A DNA stretch of 63,123 bases, filler included, from Reticulomyxa filosa (Eukaryota > Protista > Foraminifera), in the NCBI GenBank assembly GCA_000512085.1. It is 18 parts of 18 records of this genome, joined end to end, with 100 filler letters (N's around TTAATTAATTAA, not from the genome) between each part and the next. Parts side by side here need not be neighbours in the genome. Positions count along the whole stretch, not along the records: positions 24,475 to 27,695 come from ASPP01008747.1; positions 27,796 to 29,109 come from ASPP01037108.1; positions 29,210 to 30,858 come from ASPP01015022.1; positions 30,959 to 38,647 come from ASPP01023705.1; 14 more parts are not named here. One strand, given 5' to 3'. The position numbers and the translations under genes were made by a program. Numbering within the stretch: the first letter of the stretch is position 1; each line of letters starts with the position of its first letter. Positions 25,371 to 35,176 of the stretch are shown piece by piece. Below the pieces are notes generated by a model that saw only the letters and a program-made list of their open reading frames with translations, made no database searches and was not told where the DNA came from.

Positions 25371-26746
25371 TGTTTGTTTGAATAATTAACTCCCAAAATT
25401 TATGAAATTCATAAGGAACGCCAAACTCAGCAAAGCTTGTCTAACAGTATTTGCAACAAAAAATCATTTCATTTTTGCAACAAGAAAAAAAGTTTACATC
25501 GTTTGAACATCAGTTTACACAAAATAATTTTATGTAATATTTAGTTCTTTGTCTTTTCATTTAGATTAAAAAAAAAGACGTGCTCATCTGTAACTACATT
25601 ACAGTATCCTTTAAGCAAAATTTGGTCAAAAGCCAATAATACGTGAATGAAACATTGAATAAACTTGTCTGCTATTTATTTTTATGTTATTCCGTTTTCA
25701 CTTTTACTTTCTTGTAAAACTACAACACAAAAAGGACCTTTTTTTTCTTCGTTTTTAATGAAGATTTCTGACAGTTTTTCAAAGGAAGCACAACCATATG
25801 TACATGTTTTATAATTTCACTTCTTAAAATTTTTAACACAGTTTTGTTTTATTTTTTTTTTTTTTGTACTGAGAGTGACGAACTAGTGTTTTGTATTAGC
25901 CAAAGCAGAACAAAAAGAAATAATGTTTTTTTGTTGTTGAGAAAGAAACCAATACCTTTCTGACCTTTTTTTCCTATTCACAATTTTTTGTCGAAAATTA
26001 CTGTGGCAAATGGTTTTTTGATGTGCGAAATAGAAGTTGCGATTTTGTGGAACGGTTAAAATTTTTTTGATGAAAAACAGGTTTGTAAAAAAAATATTGT
26101 GGGCTTTAAGTGATGAAACTGCCATACTAATTCCATGATAAGTCAGACAAAGAGGACACTCCCAAAGAGGGTCACCCTTTGCTGGATGAAAGTGGCAATC
26201 TGATTTTGTTCTTTCGTCACAAAATTTTTCGCAAATGAAAGTATATTTATTATATCTCGTTTTTTATGATGCAAAATAGACATAAAGAATTACAAGCCAC
26301 ACACCAACCGAAGTTGCTACTAGTTGAATAGCACACTATTTTTTTTTTGTATGGAGTTAGTTGTTAACTAAATAAATGAACTATGCATTTTAAATGTTAC
26401 TTAAGAATGAAGAAATTTAATAACATTCATGTACCTAAAAATGTTGAAATTAGATTACAAAACAAAATAATTTTTATAAATAAATTTCAGCTATTAAAAA
26501 ATTATTCAAAAGATATTTTAATGATTTACAACTTATCTTGACGAGCATAAAAAAAAGTCACAGAATTTTAAATATTGACATATTATATACCTTGCACCCA
26601 TTAAAAATGTTTTAATTTATTATACATAAATTTTATTGACTTTTGACGCTTGATATTTCATTCAAGACAAGAATCAATATAGTGACATACAAAAGAAACA
26701 ATAATTTGAACTAACCTTCGACGTAAACGCCTTTAAATCTTGAAAA

Positions 26747-27608
26747 ATGGGTTGTTGTGCATCTTCAGAACAACGACAAACAACTACTGAAAATAATGAA
26801 AATGAAGTAAAAAAAGATGAGACGAACAAATTGTTATTTTTGGGACCAGGAGGTTGTGGCAAGTCTACACTGTTCAAGCAGTTGAGACAAACCTTTGGGT
26901 CTTCCTTTGACAAGACCGAAAGAGAATTGCTCGGGGAACATATTCACACGTACGTTATCGAAACTGTATCCTACGTGGTCTCACTAATCGACGACCGATC
27001 CAAGTTCTCAAAAGAAGTACAAGACGCAATAGAGTACATGGAATCTTTGAAAGTCAGGACAATTCTAGCAGAAAACACTATCGCCCACATCAAGATATTG
27101 TGGAATGACCCAACTTTTAAAGCTATTTTCGAAGAAGAGGTAAGCAATGAGGCCGAAGTATATACATTTTTTTTCACATTAGTTTTTTTTTATCGCAAAT
27201 CAAAACCAATCGACAAAAAAAAAAAAAGGCAAAGGTGAAGTTATTTCATTCCTGCGCGCACTTTTTGGATAGCATCGACCGCATTGGTAGTAGCACGTAT
27301 GTTCCAACCGATCTAGGTATTTAACAGTAACAAAAAAAAGTTTGGCCATGAGCAGCTTCTTTTATTTGCTGTAATATAAAAAAGTGTTTTAGACAGAATT
27401 AGAAAAAAGATGCATTCAAAACAAAAAAATTTGTTTTTTTTTTTTTTATAATTATTATTATTATTGTTTGATACATTCATTATTCGAGATATCTGCCAAA
27501 AATATGCACAGATATACTATTGCAACGGCGCCCGACGACAGGTTTGATTGAACAAAAGTTGTGCATAAACGGAACGTGGCTTCAGATTTTTGATGTTGGT
27601 GGACAAAG
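26747..27608 (+). CDS. Heterotrimeric G-protein alpha subunit, divergent (3' truncated)
   Basis: MGCC lipidation start and KLLFLGPGGCGKSTLFKQL. Later exons give HFLDSIDRI..YVPTDL|DILLQRRPTTG and FDVGGQR. Confidence 0.92.
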
Positions 27609-27662
27609 GTATGTCTTAATTTATTGACAAATTTAAGGATCATTATTGGCAAATTTATATTC

Positions 27663-27695
<33 letters not shown>

Positions 27696-27982
27696 NNNNN
27701 NNNNNNNNNNNNNNNNNNNNNNNNNNNNNNNNNNNNNNNTTAATTAATTAANNNNNNNNNNNNNNNNNNNNNNNNNNNNNNNNNNNNNNNNNNNNCACAA
27801 CGGGCACAAACACATCCAAACTCAAAATCAATCCAATTATCACTCCAACAGCAAATAAGCTCCAAGTCATGTTTATTTCAGTTAATTTCATTATATCTTT
27901 CTTTCAATTAAAAAATAAATAAGAAAAATGTACATATATATGAAACTTTGTCGATAGTAATACGTATTCAATTCCACATATA

Positions 27983-28890
27983 TATAAAAAAAAATACAAT
28001 AGTCAATATTGCAAGTGGGTGCAATCAAGCATCTGACTGCACATTTGCTAACAAGCAAGGTGTGAATGTGGCATTCTGCCCATGTACACTAGTGCATCAG
28101 ATGATGGTGCGTCCAAATTGCAAATGGAAATGGGCAAAGTAGTCTCAAAAAATGGCCAGTATGTGGCAAATGATATGGCCGACTACGACGACAGCGCCAG
28201 CGACACAAATAACGTTAGACAAGCACGATCAACTAATACAAAATTATTTGATTTATATAACAATTTTTTTGACATACGTATATGTATATGTTTTTTTGCC
28301 TTTATAAATTATTTTGTGGATCTTTTATATTATGTTATGTGCATATTAAACAAATAGGCAACAACGACAGTGATGGCAATGACAAAAAGATAAAGTGGCA
28401 TAGTCCACCCCCCCGTCTCCGAAAGGAGTATATATGGTTTGTTTTTTTATATTCTCTTTTTAAACATATTAACATGTTGTATGTATCGTGTATAGAATTC
28501 CACCGCCATCGAAGACCGTTATTTTTTTCACCTTCCATCCGATGCACATACAAAAAAAAGAAATGGGGTTGAATGCCAACCCAGTGTTCAAAAAAAGTGC
28601 CAACGGTTTGTTATGCTTATGTGTAAACTATTTTTCTTTTGTCAAATAATATGATTGTGTGTATGTTAATAAATAGGACTTCCCCCGACTACATAAAAAA
28701 AATTTGTATTTATTTTTATTTGTTTTCTTTGCACACATTCTATAAATAAATAAAAAAAAATGTTAAGTTTGCACTATAGGAAAAGTTGAAATTGTAGACC
28801 GAGCCCCGCGAACAAAGTTAATTGTATTCTTTTGATGTTCTTAAAAATATGTAGTAATTTTGTTTGTGTTGTGTGCAGGTACAAAAAGAT
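27983..28890 (+). CDS. Fragmentary multi-exon hypothetical gene (small exons)
   Basis: Several short GC-richer blocks, each preceded by TAG/CAG and followed by GT (e.g. ~28093-28213, ~28358-28428). Frame and product not resolved. Confidence 0.3.
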
Positions 28891-29239
28891 CCAAAGATGT
28901 TTATTTTTTTTGAAAAAATGTTGAAAGTGGGTAAGGGGAAAAAATTAATATAAAAAGGAATGTAAAAAATATAGAAAAAAAAAGGATAGAAAAAATGGAG
29001 AAAAAAAGAAGGATAAAAAAATGGATAGAAAAAAAGGAGAAAAAAATTGAGAAAAAAAAATGAGAAAAAAAAAAGAAAGGAGAAAAAAAATTGTTATGAA
29101 AGAAAAAATNNNNNNNNNNNNNNNNNNNNNNNNNNNNNNNNNNNNNNNNNNNNTTAATTAATTAANNNNNNNNNNNNNNNNNNNNNNNNNNNNNNNNNNN
29201 NNNNNNNNNTATATATATATACATATATATAATATATGT

Positions 29240-29764
29240 GTGTATGTGTGCTTGAAATGGAAAGTGGGATTTCCAAATGCAACACGAGATTATATTGTGG
29301 TGATCAATGACGAGGCAGTTGTCCCAGACCCAGGAGACAAACAAAGAATTGATGTATTAATTATGGGAAAAAATGATGAAATGTGGCTTGGATTGACACA
29401 GATAACAGGCTACACTCCATATAGCTCAATGCGTCGTCATTCCGATTCCGTGGCATATTATGGGGGACGTCAAAGTAGAATCGTTTTTGGTGGTTCAAGT
29501 TACGATGACGGCTGGGATGGCAAATGGGGTTCCATTCAAGCTTCGAATAACATTTTGGCGTTTCCTCTGCCCTTTTATCAACGTGGTGATTGGGTGTCCA
29601 TTCTCGCTCAAAATCACGATGGCAATGTTTCACTCTCTTTTTTTAAAAATGGAAGGCTCGTGTACTCACTCCAAGATTGGAAACCTAAGAGCGAACTGCG
29701 CTTTAGTTGTGAACTAGACACTGAAGAGGATATACTTCTTATTGACAGCTCCATTTATTTTTGA
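29240..29764 (+). CDS. SPRY/B30.2-like domain protein, C-terminal exon
   Basis: MWLGLT...VAYYG...YQRGDWVSIL...LSFFKNGRLV resembles the SPRY GDxIg...lsFxkNG signature. Ends in TGA. Confidence 0.6.
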   Translation: MYVCLKWKVGFPNATRDYIVVINDEAVVPDPGDKQRIDVLIMGKNDEMWLGLTQITGYTPYSSMRRHSDSVAYYGGRQSRIVFGGSSYDDGWDGKWGSIQASNNILAFPLPFYQRGDWVSILAQNHDGNVSLSFFKNGRLVYSLQDWKPKSELRFSCELDTEEDILLIDSSIYF

Positions 29765-30229
29765 TTTTTCATTGTATTGTTGTTTGGATCCTTTTACATT
29801 TTTAAAGCTTTGTTATGTTTTTTTTCTTTGGTGTTTGTGATCATTAACCCAATTCAACACATCTTTTTTCAAATTTTTTTTCAACAATTTTAGACTATCG
29901 ATACTTGGCGAATATAATGAAATTAGTCCTACTTTACGCTACTGTTTCCTCAATAAGTATTTTTTAGAAAGTGTTTCGATTCTGATGAAAGAGAAAAAAT
30001 TCCCTTGCTATCAGTTGTACAGCATTTAGTTGTGAAATGAGGATACAAATCTTTGTTGACTTTTTTTCCAAAGAATTGCATTGTAACAAACGGAAGTAAG
30101 TGCTTTCGTTTTTTAAAAAGTCCCTAAAATTTTTCATCCGCAAAAAATTCTTCAATCTTTGCATTATTGCATTTCTCTCGGCTGAATAAACTTTTGCTTC
30201 ACTCAAAAAAAAAAGTGAAAAATTAAATT

Positions 30230-30832
30230 ATGACATCGTCTTCTCGTTGGACGCCAAGTCGAGAAGGACTTGCGGCCGTACTTGAAATACTGCAGTTGTC
30301 CGATTCAAACGACAATAAAAAGCAACAAGAAGCATACAAAAGAATAGAGCAAATGGAAAGCAATGAAGAATTTCCAGCATATTGTGGGCGAGTGTTTATT
30401 GAGGCATCTCAAGACGTGGGACTCAGACAAAGAGCGGGACTGATGATGAAAACATGTTTGCAGAAGAAGATTCAGGATTTGCCGTCACTCATCCTTCGTG
30501 CGTGCCAAGAGATGCTATTAAAATGTGTCACTGATTTTAACGCTCCAATACGTAGAACAGCAAGCACTGTTTTGTATTTATTTTTTTTTTTAAAGAAGTG
30601 GAGGAAGAAAAGGGGGGGGGAGGACGAATGAAAGATAAAGAGAGGAGCACTTTCAAAAAAAAAAAAAAATTTTTTTTTTTGTAGACAATAGCTGCGATAG
30701 TGCGAAAGCAAGGACTATCCGAATGGCCGAATTTGATAGAAACTTTGTTGACCCAATTGAAAGAACATAGCGAAAATGAAAATGTCACACCCCGCTTGAG
30801 CGTGCTTTCCACTCTTGCGCTTTTATTGGAAG
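30230..30832 (+). CDS. TNPO1: Transportin-1 / importin beta-2 family, N-terminal HEAT repeats (3' truncated)
   Basis: WTPSREGLAAVLEILQLSDS...EFPAY...LRQRAGLMMK...PIRRTAST|TIAAIV...WPNLIETL parallels the transportin N-terminus (W.P...GL.QIL.LL). Confidence 0.8.
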
Positions 30833-30958
30833 GTTATCACTTTTTTTTTTTTTTTTTTNNNNNNNNNNNNNNNNNNNNNNNNNNNNNNNNNNNNNNNNNN
30901 NNTTAATTAATTAANNNNNNNNNNNNNNNNNNNNNNNNNNNNNNNNNNNNNNNNNNNN

Positions 30959-33080
30959 AACATAAGAGTGGCTTGTTCGACGTCCCTTTCCTTATCCTTT
31001 TTTTTCGACGGCTGCGGTGTGTCTTGACTTTGACTGACATCCAATTCGATCAAGTCATCCAAAATGCGCTTTTGGCTATCAAAGCGAAGCCGCGATTGGT
31101 TCACATAATTATATCTAGCGAGCAGCCCGCACATTTTGGCAAAAACGACTCCGGTGCAATACGCATCATAGCCGGCTTCATGAAAGCACGAGGAACGTGA
31201 ATCTGAGTAGTGATTGGGTCTGCCTCGACTGTGATACAATCTTCCATCTCTGTGCCATGTCACAACCGGCGAAGCCAAATTGCTGCGCAGTTTGAAATAC
31301 AATCGCTGCAATCCCGTTTTTCCATAGCGGTTATCAGTATTGTGCAACGTATACTTCCCAAGAGGATGCGGTAATACTTCGCACAAGTATTTGGTGTCGA
31401 TCACAATCGGAGGCATCAGTCCCTCCTGTCTTTTCTCTCTCTTGCTTTCTTTTTTATGATACATTGATCGTTGTGATTGCTGCTTTATCTGGTATTTTTG
31501 TTCCGCTTCGTCCAAATAGCCTTCGTCGACACCAACCTTGGCATTTGTGCTCGTGACCGAGTCGAAATTGTAATGACATGCCAGATACGCGTCAATGTAC
31601 TCGTTGCCGCCGTTCGCATCCAAACTCTTGGGGTCGAGCTTGCATCAAACGTATTGTACAAATGCGCCAGGTCGAGCATGCCATTGTGCATTACTATCGC
31701 CAGTTTGTGCTTGTGGCAAGCGTGCATTAAATCGTTCCACAATCGTGTCATCCCATAGATTTCGTCCAATTGTTTCAAGTATTGACGTTCTAACATTTCA
31801 CTGCATTTACACACATTACGTACTTATATATGTATATTTTAGAAAAGTGATACAAAAAAAAAAATTAAATCTCCCTTTTTTTTTTTTAATTAAAAAAAAA
31901 AAGGGGGGTATTACGTATAAACATAAATAGTGTTTATACATTATATGTGTATAATGTACCTGAGCTTTCGAAAAGCCTCCGTTTTGTTTGAAAAGCAAAT
32001 AAAATCGAACTTGCGACAAGGGTTTTGTGCAAAAACGAGGTTTTGGCAGCGCGCCAAAACGCGTTCGCGACTGTCGGGCGATGCGTTTTTGTACAGCTTT
32101 TGTAGACAACGGCCACACTCTTCAAAGATGAGACGGCTCACTTTCAATGATGGAACATCATCAAATTTCACCATTTCAAACTCGTTGTCCAAATCTCGCA
32201 TTTTTTGTTCAAATCGATTTAGCCATTTACCAACCTGTTCCTTATCCACATTCGTCGTCTGCATATTCAGTCCATTTTTTTGTGTCGCCATTGGCCAAAT
32301 GTCTTCTTTTTGAAAATATTTAAACAATTCTGGCATTTTCCGTGTCGCCATTTGTTCGATTTTTTTTTGTGATTTTAGCTTTTTTTTTTTGAAAAATAAT
32401 GTTTACATTAACATATACTTTTTTTTTTTCTCTCCCTTCGCTCCTCTTTTTCCCTTCCCCCCTTTTTTTTTTTTTTAAAAAAAAAAAAACATGGGACAAT
32501 TCAAAAAAGAATATGCGTGAAGCAACTCAACATCGAGATAGTTTTGATGTGGGATCCAAGAAATCCCCCCTTCAATCCACTTCTTCGGATCGAAGCCGTT
32601 CTCACATAAAAAACGCAATGACGACGCTTGAGAACCAAAGTTCCCGCTCAATTCTTTGCAAAAGTGAAACTCGTCGTGACACGGCGGAAATAATGTGAAA
32701 TTGAACGGGTAGCAAAACAGCTTTTCTTGCGTTTCTATTTGCATTTTTTGGCTTGTTGTATTATACATACAACTTCAGAAGAGACAGAGAGGGAGTGGGA
32801 ATATTGGGGGATAAAAAAATTTAAAAAAAAAATCTCAACTGTCGCCGGAAGAGATGAAAAATGCAATTCCTAGCTGTACCAGACAATATTCACCTCCTTT
32901 CTTCAACGATCTTCGCAATACTTCAGAGGGGCTGAGATGCAGCAGATCCATCTCGTTTTGTCCATGTAACCCAGTGAACTCACAGTCTATTGCTATAAAT
33001 GCAATATTTTGTGCATCCTCTTCGAGAATGCTACGAAATTTTTCGCAGGCATCATCAAAGTTGGAATTTGTTACGTCCAG
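30959..33080 (-). CDS. PARN-like CAF1/DEDDh poly(A)-specific ribonuclease (multi-exon, 3' truncated)
   Basis: DVTNSNF...FIAIDCEFTGL, VQLGIAFF, YPFNFTLFP, QASSLRFLCENGFD, VMHNGMLDLAHLY, IDTKYL and FHEAGYDAYCTG cover all DEDDh motifs. A 1-nt homopolymer frameshift lies near 31641. Confidence 0.92.
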
Positions 33081-34192
33081 GTTGTCGGATTATGTGATTA
33101 TTTGTCACAATAACAAAAAAGGTTCGTAATGGATTTAAACAAAAAATACGGAATATTGGATTATATTGCTGGTTTAGATAATTATATTTGCCTTTTACAG
33201 AAACTAACTGACAACGAATTGCTCTAGAGCAAAAATATTACAGCTCTTACGAATATAATTTTTGTCTGATGACTTATTTCATCTATTCTGCAATGAGTTA
33301 TAAACAACTATCTATTGCAAAAAATATTTCTAAACTTTAGCAAAAAAATTAAAAAACAAATTTTAACCAAATATCGAGCCGATATTGAACAATTGGATCA
33401 AAAATGCTAGGCACTGAATTTCTTATCGAAGGTGTACAAACGAGTTGAAAAATGGATGATTAAATATATTTTGTGATGTTTTGTACATTCTAAAATTGCT
33501 AACTGGATAAAATAACGGATTAAATTCCAAAATTATTACATAATATATTTTTTAGTCGATTAGTTTGCAGCACACCAGGAAGAGCCCAAGGTATGAAATT
33601 TTTCAAATTGATAAAAGGCCACGTGGTAGGCCACTGCACGTGAACTTGCCTTATTTTTTTAAGGTATGGACAAGCGCTTTGCTGTGAAGAATCACATACT
33701 TGTCTGATTGTGTTATATTTGAAATGAAATTATAACATATAATGCGTTCTGACGAATATGTTGCTCAATACAATAATAGTGTTGTCTACATCTCAACTGA
33801 AAGTGAGCGAAATAAGCAAGAGGTAGAAAAGAAAATAGAAGAAATTATTTGTGATAAGTTTTATAAGTGAGTTGGAAGGGAATGATAAGTAAATATTGAA
33901 GTATTCTTTAATAAATCTTAAGACGCAACGATAACAACAATCTAAATTGAATTTTTCTTGGGTTAATTGGAATAATGATTTTGATGCTTGCTTATAATTG
34001 GATGACAACAGACATTTTTTAAGCGTTGCACGTATTTAATTTTCTGATAAACATAATACTAAAAAAAGATTAAAAATAGTAACCCGAGTTCGTGGACAAC
34101 AGAGGAAAACACACGTTTTATAAAAACTCAAAAAGATTTCAGAAAAAAAGGGGGTAGAAGTAGATAATTTTAAAACATCAAAATAAAATATC

Positions 34193-34649
34193 ATGACTCA
34201 ACTTTCAACAGAGCCTTTGGAATCTCAAATCCGACGAGCAAATATTGAGCGCTTTCAATTTGGTCAAAAAGAAATTGAAGACCAATCGGGCAAGATTGTG
34301 GAATATGAAACCACTAAACGTGAGCACGAACAGGTATGCGTTTTTCAGTGATTCAAGCAAAACAAAAAAGTCATGACAAGTTTGTGTCACACCTTTCCGT
34401 GATTTTTCCATTGCATAGACAATGGAAATATTAAAATCAGTACCGCGAAGTCGCAAATGTTGGTATTCCAAGGACGGCATTCTCACTGAAATGACTGTGG
34501 ACGAAGTACTGCCAGTGCTGCACAACAACATCATATCTCTCCAAAAAGCCATCGATGACAATGTAAAAGAAGTGGAAATGAAGAGAAAAGCGTTGAGTGA
34601 ATTTGCTATCAAAAACAGATTAATTTCCCCTGCCGCTGCACCAAAATAA
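34193..34649 (+). CDS. PFDN2: Prefoldin subunit 2 (two exons: 34193-34333, 34419-34649)
   Basis: Spliced product ...SGKIVEYETTKREHEQ|TMEILKSVPRSRKCWYSKDGILTEMTVDEVLPVL...KRKALSEF matches PFDN2 (EH..V..TL....RKC...GGVLVERTVKEVLP.L). Phase-0 GT-AG intron. Confidence 0.85.
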
Positions 34650-35176
34650 TTGAAGTCCAATTTTGCTGACATTTTTAAAATAAGATTTAAAAAAAGCAAA
34701 GACATCAAACAATTTGTTCTGACAAAACATGTTGTTCACTTCTTGAAAATTTGTTTTATGTTCAAAATTTATGACAATGCAATCCTTTCCTCCCTTTTCT
34801 TGTCGCCTTGTCAGCTCTCTCAGTCTCTAATTACACAATTAGTATTTTTGTATGTGTGAACTCTTCAACAACTCCAAGAGAGCAATAAAATCAAATTAAA
34901 GAAGTTTTGGAATTATTTTGGAAAAAAAGGAGTAAAACGTAATATATTTTGTGTGTTAAAAATGAGCATATTCAAATTTTTTTATGACATGGCACACATG
35001 AAAAACCTTTTTAAAAGGAGTTATTACCTTTTGAAATTGAAAAAAAAGATTGTGAACGACTAAAAGATTACATTACCCTCAAGGGTTGAAAAAGATTTTT
35101 TTAAGAAAAACAACTGATTATACAAAATATTGACATACTCTCAAAAAAGGAGAAAGACAGGACAAGTAAAGGAATG

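Noticed and set aside
28920-29109. GA-rich quasi-repeat (also the CT-rich tract at ~20220-20500)
   Set aside because: Looks like low-quality read tail or slippage next to contig ends; no consistent unit and not telomeric.
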